44,042 nucleotides of DNA from positions 1-44,042 of the forward strand of contig JBGCDR010000182.1 in the NCBI GenBank assembly GCA_045105515.1. The letters are read 5' to 3'. Origin of the DNA: Oligoflexales bacterium (GTDB lineage: Bacteria > Bdellovibrionota_B > Oligoflexia > Oligoflexales > Bog-1112). This document shows, piece by piece, positions 8,271 through 17,647 of this stretch (within the stretch, counting starts at the first letter, position 1; each line of letters starts with the position of its first letter). The translations under genes and the position numbers were made by a program. The notes below the pieces were generated by a model. It was not told the origin of the DNA, did not search any database, and saw only the letters and a program-made list of their open reading frames with translations.

Positions 8271-9743
8271 GTGCCTAAGCTTAGAACTGCAATTCTATGG
8301 ATTCGTAATGACTTTCGCTTAGACGATAATGAAGCTTTATGCTTAGGTACTGAGTATGATCAACTTATACCTGTTTTTGTTGCAAGCGATGCTGAGCTGC
8401 CTTTTAAAAGGGGAAGGGCTAGCAAATGGTGGCTTCATCATACACTTGAGTCCTTCAAAAAAAACCTTGGTAAACTAGATTCTGATTTAATCCTTCTAAA
8501 AGGAAATGCAGAAAGAGCTGTTCTTCAGCTTGCAAAAGATTTTAATGCTGAGGCAATTCTTTGGAATCGTAGTTATAACCCATATGAATCTGAGTTGGTT
8601 GGAGAATTGATCGAAAGAGCAAATCATATGGGGGTTAAAACTAGAGCATGTAAAGGGAATATTCTTTGCGAAAAGGAATTTCTACTTAAGGATGATGGTA
8701 CTCCCTATCGAGTCTATTCTGCTTTTTGGCGAAATTTTGTTAAGAAGTATGAAATTAAAGTTCTCGGCAGACCAAATCATATGCCTCCACTTCCACCAAA
8801 AGCTAAACATCAGTCTCTTTCTTTAAACCAACTTGAACTTCTACCACGCATTAAATGGGATGCAGAGTTTCCTGAGTACTGGCAGGTAGGAGAAGAACGC
8901 GCCAAAGAAAAAGTTAAAGCTTTCTTACAAAGCGGAGTCGATCGTTACAATGACCTCAGAGATCAGCCTAACAAAGATGGGACTTCCAGGCTGAGCCCAC
9001 ATTTACATTTTGGGGAAATTCATCCACAAAGGATTCTACAAATGATTGTCAACAAGTTCGGATCTTTATCTGGGCTTGTTGACATGAATATTATCCAGTA
9101 TAGCAAAGAAATCTTGTGGCGAGAGTTTTCTTATCACTTGTTACAGCACTTTCCTCAGACTACCCACATGCCTTTGAATTTAGCCTTTGAAAATTTTCCT
9201 GACAGATATGATGAAGGTTTCTTGCAAGCATGGTCTAAGGGAAATACCGGCTATCCAATTGTAGATGCTGGAATGCGCCAGCTTTGGCGAACAGGGTGGA
9301 TGCATAACCGGGTGCGGATGATCACAGCATCCTTTCTAATCAAACATTTAGGAATTAATTGGCAACATGGAGCTGCTTGGTTCTGGGACACATTAGTAGA
9401 TGCAGACTTAGCGAGCAACACCCAAGGGTGGCAGTGGACTGCTGGTTGCGGTGCAGATGCGGCACCATTTTTCAGAATTTTTAACCCTATTACCCAGGGA
9501 GAAAAATTTGACCCAAAAGGCTTATACGCAGCCGAATGGTGTCCGGAGCTGCAAAAAATCCCGTCAAAATGGATCTATCGGCCCTGGGATGCACCCGCTG
9601 CTGAATTGAAAAAGGCAGGAGTGCAACTAGGAGCAGATTATCCTTTTCCGATTGTTGACCACAGAGAAGCAAGAGAAAAAACTTTAGAAACTTATAAAAA
9701 TTTTAAGGAAAAAAGAAAACAAAAAAAAGGAAGTTCACAATAA
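8271..9743 (+). CDS. phrB: Deoxyribodipyrimidine photolyase (photolyase/cryptochrome family)
   Basis: WIRNDFRLDDN, TSRLSPHLHFGEI, WREF, GNTGYPIVDAGMRQLWRTGWMHNRVRMI, LVDADLASN, FRIFNP. GGAG RBS before GTG. Confidence 0.95.
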   Translation: MPKLRTAILWIRNDFRLDDNEALCLGTEYDQLIPVFVASDAELPFKRGRASKWWLHHTLESFKKNLGKLDSDLILLKGNAERAVLQLAKDFNAEAILWNRSYNPYESELVGELIERANHMGVKTRACKGNILCEKEFLLKDDGTPYRVYSAFWRNFVKKYEIKVLGRPNHMPPLPPKAKHQSLSLNQLELLPRIKWDAEFPEYWQVGEERAKEKVKAFLQSGVDRYNDLRDQPNKDGTSRLSPHLHFGEIHPQRILQMIVNKFGSLSGLVDMNIIQYSKEILWREFSYHLLQHFPQTTHMPLNLAFENFPDRYDEGFLQAWSKGNTGYPIVDAGMRQLWRTGWMHNRVRMITASFLIKHLGINWQHGAAWFWDTLVDADLASNTQGWQWTAGCGADAAPFFRIFNPITQGEKFDPKGLYAAEWCPELQKIPSKWIYRPWDAPAAELKKAGVQLGADYPFPIVDHREAREKTLETYKNFKEKRKQKKGSSQ

Positions 9744-9756
9744 GTTTCCTTTTAAA

Positions 9757-9941
9757 TCAGATCGTAGGTGCTTTTCTTTCTGTAACCAGAAGGCAAACAT
9801 TAGATCTGTTTTTACACTCGACACAAACAGAATCTTGGAGATACTAGGATCTTTATTTTTTAGAAAGGAACTTACTAGCTCTAGTAATTCATGCTTGTCA
9901 ACCGGATATCCACGCAATTTATAATCAACTTTGACAAAATT
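9757..9941 (-). pseudogene. Fragment of group 3b [NiFe]-hydrogenase small (delta) subunit
   Basis: FVKVDYKLRGYPVDKHELLELVSSFL, then after a frameshift DSVCVECKNRSNVCLLV. Matches the VDxxLRGCP...SVCVECK...VC motifs, with GCP changed to GYP. Confidence 0.75.
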
Positions 9942-10702
9942 TGTCCAAGCTAACTCGAAAATTTATGGCTTAGCCATTGGCGGTATTTGGAATTGGTGGA
10001 GCTCTGTACTGTTCTTCCGTGAATGTATGAGAAATGCTTTGTTAAAGCAGGAATCCCATTTTAACCCACGCTCAATATTGTTTCCTTCTAGGTTACTTTT
10101 ATCGTAACTTGTGCCGCAAAACAGGTTGGGCAAACCATGGTATAGTTTGCGCAGCTTAAACATCGATCAGCAATTTCATCCCAATTTGGGTTCGCTAGAT
10201 TACTGCTAATTTTTTCCTTTCCGGTTTCTAGCAAAAAATAATGGGGTGACTCAGCATAGATCTCAATAATATTTAGATCAAACTTGCTAGGTCTTGGTTC
10301 ATGGTCTATTGATGTGCAAAAACATACTGAGCTGGTTTCTGCGCAGCTTGCAGTCACGAATACAGCATTTATTCTTAGCTTTGTAAATTGAGGTTTCCTT
10401 GTTTATCTTTACTTGCAGACCAAACCTCTAACTGGCTGGATGTAGAAATTTCTTTAATGAATTTGGGCCAACGAAATAAGCTGCGATTTTTTGAGGCTTT
10501 TAGCTCATAAGATCCCGCTTCTTGACTGTCCCGATATCCTCTCGGAAGCTGCGAGAATTTTTTCAATGATGGCAAATCCGATGGCGCCCTGTGTTAGTTT
10601 TGGCCCTACCACATTGTCTACTTGCGATTTGATTAGCTCGAAAAGCTCTTGGACCTGCTGTATACCTTAATAGAAAGTAAGACTTGCTTATATCGTTCTC
10701 AT
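9942..10702 (-). pseudogene. Group 3b hydrogenase/sulfhydrogenase beta subunit (AsrA-like Fe-S protein), heavily degraded
   Basis: Colinear fragments across frames: VVGPKLTQGAI / LPRGYRDSQEAGSYEL / VGPNSLKKFLHP / VCFCTS / WDEIADRCLSCANYTMVCPTCF / KWDSCF / FSYIHG...KYRQWLSHK. Multiple frameshifts, stops and deletions. Boundaries approximate. Confidence 0.85.
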
Positions 10703-10905
10703 TGATCTTTTGTGATTTTAATCATCACTACCGTTGGCAGCAAAAAATTAGTATCAATTTCTTGTAACAAATTACAGTTTTTAATCAAGATGGAATGCCT
10801 AGCACCTATTTGAAAAATTCCTATAAATATCTCAGTAACTTGCTTAATCTTGTCAATTGAGATATCACCACATAGATTCAGTAAATGCAAAAAAGGTTAA
10901 TAATT

Positions 10906-11814
10906 ATGCGTTATCTTATTCTTGTATTTGTCAGTCTATTCGAATTTGGCGCGTTAGCAAAAAGCAATAATTTTCAAGAATGGAAGCAGTTGATGCCTTC
11001 TTATCAGCTTGATGCTATTGGTAATTGCGAATTTATAGATACAAAGGATTTTAACGAAGATCTCATACATACTTATCCAAAAATTGACTTCACAATAGAT
11101 CCTTCTGTATTACAAACAGGTAAGGTCCAATTTGGATACGAAATTTTAAATTCGGACGAATTTGCCCAGAAAATTCCCATCGATACTTTAGTCAGAAATC
11201 CAGCGTTTGAAAAAGGTATGATCATCGTCCAAAAGGGGGCTTTTGTAGTCGATAAGAAAAATAAAATATTTTATCGTCCAGAATATCAATTGGCAGAGGA
11301 GGTAGTGGAAACAATTGGTAGGAAAGTTAAGGTTATCAGCAAGCCTTCTAAATACCATACCCATGCCCAAAAACATGTTAAGCATTCTCTTAGATTTTTA
11401 CCGCAGATATACCTTGATGTCCACTTTAGAGCTTATCAATATAGCTTTCGCAAGCAACGGTTTAGAGGAGATTTAAACCAAATAGTACCACTGGATCAGC
11501 TTACTAGTCTAGCGAATCAATTTTTAAATGGTCATAATGAGCTTATACCTCAGTATCTTTTTGGTGTGTATGGCGATGGTGATCATAAGATTTTACATGG
11601 AATTTCGTTTTTGTCCATCAGCTATGCTATTTCAAACTCTGAAAAGAAGCTAATTTTAACATGGCAGCTTTCTTCCATTCGTTCTAATTTTATAATTAAA
11701 TCTGCCTTAAAGATTATTCCTGGACTAGTACAGAAAACCGTAATGAGAGACTTTGCCAGGTATGTGGATGTCATGAGATCTTTGAACCCTCCAAAGGGAT
11801 GGACCTTAAAATAA
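10906..11814 (+). CDS. Hypothetical exported protein
   Basis: Signal peptide MRYLILVFVSLFEFGALA. AAGG RBS. TTGTCA-N17-TAGATT at 10851-10879. Confidence 0.75.
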   Translation: MRYLILVFVSLFEFGALAKSNNFQEWKQLMPSYQLDAIGNCEFIDTKDFNEDLIHTYPKIDFTIDPSVLQTGKVQFGYEILNSDEFAQKIPIDTLVRNPAFEKGMIIVQKGAFVVDKKNKIFYRPEYQLAEEVVETIGRKVKVISKPSKYHTHAQKHVKHSLRFLPQIYLDVHFRAYQYSFRKQRFRGDLNQIVPLDQLTSLANQFLNGHNELIPQYLFGVYGDGDHKILHGISFLSISYAISNSEKKLILTWQLSSIRSNFIIKSALKIIPGLVQKTVMRDFARYVDVMRSLNPPKGWTLK

Positions 11815-11824
11815 TCGGGCAAAT

Positions 11825-12169
11825 TTATTCACAGAATTTGAGATCCTTTGGATCTAGTGGAGTTGAAAAAACAAAAGATTCACTCCTACCGTCCTTGGAT
11901 ATGGTTACTTCGATAAATCCTGCTGATCGGCTAAGCCCACCATTTTGTTTGCATAGGTCTCGAATACCATCATTAGCCTGAATTCTTTTTAAGCTCACTG
12001 TATCAAATACATCATCATGGGAGCTGCTACTTGATCCCAGCTGCTTGAAGATATTTTCTAGTCCACCACTACTTATTAAACCTTTAATTAAGGCATCACT
12101 AGTGGCTGGCAATGCAAACGCATTTAAGGAAAAGCATGTTAATCCAAACAAAGCTAGTTTCTTCAACAT
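11825..12169 (-). CDS. Small hypothetical exported protein (two Cys)
   Basis: GGAG RBS then MLKKLALFGLTCFSLNAFA signal peptide. Confidence 0.8.
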   Translation of the reverse strand: MLKKLALFGLTCFSLNAFALPATSDALIKGLISSGGLENIFKQLGSSSSSHDDVFDTVSLKRIQANDGIRDLCKQNGGLSRSAGFIEVTISKDGRSESFVFSTPLDPKDLKFCE

Positions 12170-12211
12170 AAAAGATCTCCCAATATTTAAACGACTCAAT
12201 CCAATATGCAA

Positions 12212-12239
12212 ATAATATGAAACTTAGTGGATTTGTCAA
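12212..12239 (-). promoter_or_regulatory. Sigma70-like promoter
   Basis: TTGACA-N16-TATTAT on the minus strand, about 43 bp upstream of ATG 12169. Confidence 0.55.
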
Positions 12240-12274
12240 AACCAAACTTGGAGAGATAGATTATATGATTATTA

Positions 12275-12721
12275 TTATTTTTTCTGATCCATCTGGGTAT
12301 TTTTATGGTTGGTTGAATTATGGGGATTGATCTGAAAAGGACCTAATTTAAAGACTTGTTCTACTTTTTTCATCAGAATTCCATTGTTCCCCTCTTGCCT
12401 AGACATAGTAAGAAAACAATATGAGGCATCTCGGAGATCCTCACTTTTTGGGGCAAGAAATAATAGTGGACCCTTTAGGCTGGCAAACCGATCGATTTCA
12501 CCAGCGATTTCAATGAGAGCTCTCCTAGAATCCTCGATACTGCGACTCGAGTTTCTATTCGTATTACTTGGAAAAATAAATTCTTTGTGAACAGTGATAG
12601 CAGCGGCTATAGATCCGCGTAGTAGCTCGAACTCTCTTATTTTATCTAAGATAAAAAACTTAATTAAATCTCTGACAACTATGGCTAACGTAACGGCAAT
12701 AAGTAGCTTTTGAGGACTCAT
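12275..12721 (-). CDS. Hypothetical protein with N-terminal membrane anchor
   Basis: MSPQKLLIAVTLAIVVRDLIKFF followed by a helical domain. Start at 12721 preferred because a sigma28-like motif overlaps the 12769 ATG. Confidence 0.65.
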   Translation of the reverse strand: MSPQKLLIAVTLAIVVRDLIKFFILDKIREFELLRGSIAAAITVHKEFIFPSNTNRNSSRSIEDSRRALIEIAGEIDRFASLKGPLLFLAPKSEDLRDASYCFLTMSRQEGNNGILMKKVEQVFKLGPFQINPHNSTNHKNTQMDQKK

Positions 12722-12765
12722 AACGGCAAACCGAACATTCTTTGTGTGCTTTGTATCTCTGATAG

Positions 12766-12793
12766 CCATCGGAAGTCATGAGTAAATTCTTTA
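12766..12793 (-). promoter_or_regulatory. Sigma28-like promoter
   Basis: TAAA-N16-TCCGATGG on the minus strand. Confidence 0.45.
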
Positions 12794-12994
12794 GGATATA
12801 GCATATAAATCTATTTGATTAAGGTATGGTATTCTGAGTTGATATTGGAAACATAAATAAGCTAATTTTGTTTGATGCTTAGCTAGGCAATTTGTGTGTA
12901 TATACTTTTTAAATTGAATTTATACATTAATTTTTTTATCTTCTGCGAGCATCTGAGTGTATCTATAGACCAATAAACATCCCAGTTGGTAAAA

Positions 12995-14614
12995 ATGAGA
13001 AATATTTATTTAAGAAAAATGAATGTAAATGGTTTGGCTATTATTTATTTGATCCTACTCACTTCTTTTCCTCTACAACTACATGGAATCGAATTTGTTA
13101 AAAAATCTGCTGATCTTGGTCAAGGGCCTAGGGGTAATGAACCTTGCTTTGCGAGGCAATGTATCCATAACAAAGGTTTTCAAAGTCAACCTTTTCAAAG
13201 AATCACAAAGCTCGATAGTATGAAGGTTTGGACTTCTGTGAGTGCCGAGTTAACTGATTCTTTGACCCAAAGAAGTGAGGACTATCAAAATTCACAGGAA
13301 GAAGGGCATTCTAGGTATGCAAATGAATATTTTGAGAATAGTAGTGATGACTTTCCCTACCGTGATATAGAGGCTTTTGATTTACTTAAGTCAAGCAAAC
13401 TTTGTGGAAACATATACCTTCTTAAAAACGAAGAGAGTATTGTGGACCCTACTTTACTCCAAAGGGTAAAAAATGAAAAAAATAAAATGGAATCTATTGA
13501 AATAGTCACTGGAAGAAACCTCATTCATAAGAGGATTTTGGAAGAAAAGATTTCGTTTGCATATTCAATATATCGTTTTCATCATTTTGATAAGAAAAGA
13601 AATTTCTATTTGGATCAAAAAACATTCTTAGACTTCGATGTGGTCGACTTAGAGCCCAAAAAAGATCTAACTGTAGATATGTGTGACCAAAAAATATCAA
13701 AATATGACCGAAAAATTAGGGAGTTGGATTTAAAGCCCGAGGAGTATTTTAATTATAAATCCCCTTCAGCGCAAATATTTATAAAGCAACATAACGGCAA
13801 TGTTAGCGAAGAAGAAGTTATTAGGATGCTTGATGAGAGATTGGCTGATTATCTTCATAGCATTGCTCTTGAAAGATTTGAAGTAAATACTAAGTTGGCT
13901 CGTGCCATCAATAACCCCAAAGTCGCACGCTATTTAAATCAAGTTGCCAAGGAAGTATTTGAAAATGATGATGAAGAAGATGCAAATATCCGTATCAATA
14001 AATTTATGGGCCTATTTCCGAGTTTGGAATACTCCATCGCTAATGACCCGAATACTGATATGAAACCCTTGCTTTGTCGGCATGTGAAAAAGGCGCACAA
14101 ACTGTCCCGTATTCGTAGAAGGATAAGAAATGCCGTCATTCCTATATCATTAATAACAACCTGTACATTTGCTCCAGGAATTGGAGCAGGTGTTGTTTAT
14201 GGGATGCTCATTGCAGGAGGAATTGTTTCTATAAGCTCAGGACTAGCCGAAGCTTGGTTGACATGGCAGGTTATGCAAAAACGAGTTCATGTAAAAAAGC
14301 CGAACAAGATCCTCTATAAACTGTATCTTAAGACTAATAAAATAGTGAACGAACTAAAGGCGAAAGCTGATGAGTTTGAAAATCTATCAATGCAAGATCA
14401 AAAAGACCTTCAGTATATTCTAAAACTGGAAGAAGATATGGATATGCGTCGTACAAATGAAGTGAGGCAATTGTACCGCGAGGGCCTGATTAATAAATAT
14501 AAGATGACCGTTGCTGCTGGCAAAATTATCTCAGGTCCTTTTAATTTTGTTGGTGGAGCTGCAGTGGTGCTAGGAAAAATCCTGTTACCTCTTCTAATTA
14601 GGAAGCCGGTTTAG
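12995..14614 (+). CDS. Hypothetical exported protein with C-terminal Gly-rich hydrophobic hairpin
   Basis: About 540-aa ORF with N-terminal signal-like segment (start 12995 or 13019), hairpin VIPISLITTCTFAPGIGAGVVYGMLIAGGIVSISSGLA, and a hydrophobic C-terminus. Confidence 0.8.
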   Translation: MRNIYLRKMNVNGLAIIYLILLTSFPLQLHGIEFVKKSADLGQGPRGNEPCFARQCIHNKGFQSQPFQRITKLDSMKVWTSVSAELTDSLTQRSEDYQNSQEEGHSRYANEYFENSSDDFPYRDIEAFDLLKSSKLCGNIYLLKNEESIVDPTLLQRVKNEKNKMESIEIVTGRNLIHKRILEEKISFAYSIYRFHHFDKKRNFYLDQKTFLDFDVVDLEPKKDLTVDMCDQKISKYDRKIRELDLKPEEYFNYKSPSAQIFIKQHNGNVSEEEVIRMLDERLADYLHSIALERFEVNTKLARAINNPKVARYLNQVAKEVFENDDEEDANIRINKFMGLFPSLEYSIANDPNTDMKPLLCRHVKKAHKLSRIRRRIRNAVIPISLITTCTFAPGIGAGVVYGMLIAGGIVSISSGLAEAWLTWQVMQKRVHVKKPNKILYKLYLKTNKIVNELKAKADEFENLSMQDQKDLQYILKLEEDMDMRRTNEVRQLYREGLINKYKMTVAAGKIISGPFNFVGGAAVVLGKILLPLLIRKPV

Positions 14615-14624
14615 CTTAGCTTGG

Positions 14625-16400
14625 CTATGGTACTCTTACTAAGAAAGGCATGGTGTTAGGTACCATCCAATTTCTGTCTTCAGCTAGTAAGTTTCTTAGA
14701 TGCTTAACTTGAAGCCCGTAGGCAAAGTCAGTATCTGCTACCGAAGTATCTCCGGCGAAGTTATAGGCAATCACTTCACCAGCAAGGTTGAAAATTGCAC
14801 TACCACTTGATCCTCCTCCAGAAACTAAATCGTACATGTAGAGAATGCGGTCATCTGCGGTAAAAAATCCATCTCGAATAAAGGCAAATGGTGCGAAGAC
14901 ATCAAACCTAATTGTTTGGTTTAGATTTCCGGTTACAAAATGAGCGTACGTATCTCCGCGTGAATATCCAATAAGAAGAACGTCTTCGTTTAATCTTGCA
15001 CCGTCCATTTCTACCCCATTGGGAGAAAAATCCAGCTCACTAAGCGTAACAGGTGTTCTTTGACCAGTTGCAGCTTGAAGTAAAGCAAGGTCATCACTGC
15101 CCCCAACTGACATATCTAAATTGCTTACTGGTGTTGTAGGTGTGTCTAAATCAATATGCCCTTTGGCATCTGGGAAAGACACCGAAACTTGAGCCGATCC
15201 TAACAGTGGATTTATGGTAGCTGGCGAACTAGCATAGTCAATTTGTAAGGTTCTGGTAGCAACTGGATTGGCTTCGCCCTCTGGATATTCAATCTGATTT
15301 CTGACCCTTAAACTAATGGTTGCAAAGGGAATATTTGCTGCAAGGTTATCTCGGTTTTCAACATCATAGCATTGTACTGCTATTCTTAAAAATTCGTCAT
15401 CGCTAGGTAGAATTAGGGTATTATTAATGAGTGACAAGAGAGGCACAGGAGTCTGGTTATTTACATCAGCAATAGTGGTCACATTTGGAACTGGGAGCTG
15501 CGGTATGATGCAATGGTCAAAAATACGATTGAAAGTAAGCTCTTCGCTTTCAAATACTCCTACTTCATTTCGACCACACGAAAGGAAAATACTTGCAAGG
15601 CTCCTTGTAACCCAAGTATTGGCTACATGTGCATTTGTGGCAATAATATCCTGATCCACAATAAATCCAGACCCAGAGCTGCCAAGTCTGCAGCGTTCGT
15701 TACCTAGTTTAGCTGGGTTCGGGGCTCCTTCAGCATCCGTATTGTTGTAAATAGTTAACACATTTGAAATCCTTACAGTGCTTTGAACATTCGCGGACCA
15801 TACGTCTCGCCATGCTTCAGATACTAAAGTTCCATCTTCTCCACTTAGGTCTACGTCAGTCCATATGCTATCTTGGCAATGAATAAATTTTTTCTCAGAG
15901 GTAATGAAATTAAACTCACCTTGTCTATCAGCATTACATTCCCCTGCTAGTTCTTGAGTCTCATATATCCGATAATTATCATCAATCTGTCCTTGTAAAC
16001 TCTTGGCTTCACTCCATTCTCCACCTGAACATTCCATGATGCTTGAGCTATCAAAAACATAAGCAATAGTATTTTCCCGAGAGTTATCACATGCTGGAAG
16101 TGCCCCTTGGTTTAAGTAGGAATCAAACTGAGAGCTAGATCCAGTGTTGGTTAGATTGATATCTGACCACTCGTTATTTTGGCAAACGACTATTTTTTTG
16201 GATGAATTAATGAATGCAATTTCATTTTGACTCTGCTTTGAGCATGCCGGTAATTCGTCTTCAGTTTCGAATTTTTGTCCGAATCCTTTTTGAGCATCAG
16301 AAGCGTCTACCGTATGAACGGCTCTACTCTTATAATTAGCAGAGGGATTACAGGCTATTACAATAAGTGGTAGGGACAGGAAATACAGTTTCTCTAACAT
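14625..16400 (-). CDS. Trypsin-like (S1) serine protease lipoprotein with three N-terminal Cys/Trp repeats
   Basis: Lipobox VIAC. GSGF, TNAHV (His), DDLALL (Asp), GGSSGSA (Ser). Repeats LPAC-x19-C-x4-W. Confidence 0.88.
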   Translation of the reverse strand: MLEKLYFLSLPLIVIACNPSANYKSRAVHTVDASDAQKGFGQKFETEDELPACSKQSQNEIAFINSSKKIVVCQNNEWSDINLTNTGSSSQFDSYLNQGALPACDNSRENTIAYVFDSSSIMECSGGEWSEAKSLQGQIDDNYRIYETQELAGECNADRQGEFNFITSEKKFIHCQDSIWTDVDLSGEDGTLVSEAWRDVWSANVQSTVRISNVLTIYNNTDAEGAPNPAKLGNERCRLGSSGSGFIVDQDIIATNAHVANTWVTRSLASIFLSCGRNEVGVFESEELTFNRIFDHCIIPQLPVPNVTTIADVNNQTPVPLLSLINNTLILPSDDEFLRIAVQCYDVENRDNLAANIPFATISLRVRNQIEYPEGEANPVATRTLQIDYASSPATINPLLGSAQVSVSFPDAKGHIDLDTPTTPVSNLDMSVGGSDDLALLQAATGQRTPVTLSELDFSPNGVEMDGARLNEDVLLIGYSRGDTYAHFVTGNLNQTIRFDVFAPFAFIRDGFFTADDRILYMYDLVSGGGSSGSAIFNLAGEVIAYNFAGDTSVADTDFAYGLQVKHLRNLLAEDRNWMVPNTMPFLVRVP

Positions 16401-16481
16401 CTTGGCATCCTATAAATCGCATTATATCGGAAATTATTTCTTCAAAAAATTCAATGCTTAGTGAGCTTTCGCTCATAAATC

Positions 16482-16509
16482 TGATCGGAAGTTAGCATGA
16501 TCCTATTTA
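16482..16509 (-). promoter_or_regulatory. Sigma28-like promoter
   Basis: TAAA-N16-TCCGATCA on the minus strand upstream of the protease. A second TCCGATAT at 16431-16424 has no clear -35. Confidence 0.5.
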
Positions 16510-16825
16510 ATATATTTTATAACGTGAATAATCATATGTATTTATCATGATTATTTATGTTGAATGTTTAAAAATCTACAAATTATAGATACTTTGAATG
16601 CTAAATTTGTGCTCTGGTACCTTTCGTGAGATCTAATTTCCCACGATTTTTGTTTTATAATTTGTCAATTCAATGGAGCCCTCATTAATTAAATCGATAA
16701 TTGAGCAGAACAAACAAAAAAGGATAAAAATATTACATTCTTAAGAATAGTCTTGTTAATCTTATTTTAGTAATACCGAACCCGCTGACAGGGAATTAAA
16801 TAATCCGACTTAAAGTGGGGCTGAT

Positions 16826-16969
16826 ATGGTACATAGCGCATATGGAAACTCTAAAAAGGAAAAGAAGTATCTTAGGGATGGTGCAAAGTATGTTTGTAAA
16901 AAGTGCAAGCAGACATTTTTTTCGAAGGTTGAGGTTGAACAGTGTTATGACTCACATGATAAATCATAA
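16826..16969 (+). CDS. 47-aa zinc-finger-like small protein (not in ORF track)
   Basis: MVHSAYGNSKKEKKYLRDGAKYVCKKCKQTFFSKVEVEQCYDSHDKS*. GGGG RBS. Y-x-C-x2-C-x3-F-x8-C-x3-H pattern. Confidence 0.75.
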   Translation: MVHSAYGNSKKEKKYLRDGAKYVCKKCKQTFFSKVEVEQCYDSHDKS

Positions 16970-17647
16970 ATCTTGTATGTCTTGATTACATAAGTTCTTA
17001 CTCTCCCATAGGGGAACTCTAAGAAAACGCGCAAGTTCTTGAGCTTCTGATTGAAGATGCTTTTTAGAGTTATGGGCGACTAATATAATTCTTTTTTTAT
17101 AGTTTAGTACCAAAATTAGTTCAAGGTGATTGCAGGTGTAATCATCGATGTAAACGTTAGTAGAGATGAGCTGCAAACCTACAATTGATCCCATAGACAT
17201 CGACTTTTTCCAGATTCCGTATTTCAAAAGACATAATTTTTCCTTTGGATTGAAGATAATTTTTCGATTAATAAATACCCAATTTGTGAAGCCGAATATA
17301 AATACCAAGAATCCAACAGACATGGGAAGGATTGGAGCCCCAGCATTCCTAATGATTTCAGTATATTCTAAGATACCTTCCACTATTAGGGTTATCCCCA
17401 TTAACACATAGATTAATGTGATCATATAAGCTTGGGTGCTTGGTTGGAAGTAGATAGAACCTGACTCTTTTCTTAATAAATGACTGCGATAAGGTAAGCT
17501 AGTCCAAGATAATGGTTGCCAAGACAATCTTTCGTGGAAAGTACTGACTGGTTGCCGGGGAAGCTTGCAGTGATATTCATTCAATATAGATTTGTCTTTT
17601 AGGTCGTGCGCCAATTTTTTTTGCATTTTTCTATTGTTTGGCTTCAT
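16964..17647 (-). CDS. Hypothetical membrane protein (2 TM helices)
   Basis: 227-aa ORF overlapping the kinase stop codon (coupled), with two hydrophobic helices and a beta-rich C-terminus. Confidence 0.75.
   Translation of the reverse strand: MKPNNRKMQKKLAHDLKDKSILNEYHCKLPRQPVSTFHERLSWQPLSWTSLPYRSHLLRKESGSIYFQPSTQAYMITLIYVLMGITLIVEGILEYTEIIRNAGAPILPMSVGFLVFIFGFTNWVFINRKIIFNPKEKLCLLKYGIWKKSMSMGSIVGLQLISTNVYIDDYTCNHLELILVLNYKKRIILVAHNSKKHLQSEAQELARFLRVPLWESKNLCNQDIQDL

Noticed and set aside
10712..10725. FNR/CRP-like site GTGAT-N4-ATCAT before the hydrogenase relic
   Set aside because: Two mismatches to TTGAT-N4-ATCAA, too close to the presumed start, in AT-rich decayed DNA.
16756..16782. 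TTAA-N15-ACCGAACC as a sigma28 promoter for the zinc-finger microprotein
   Set aside because: Spacing fits but both boxes are weaker than the five accepted sites.
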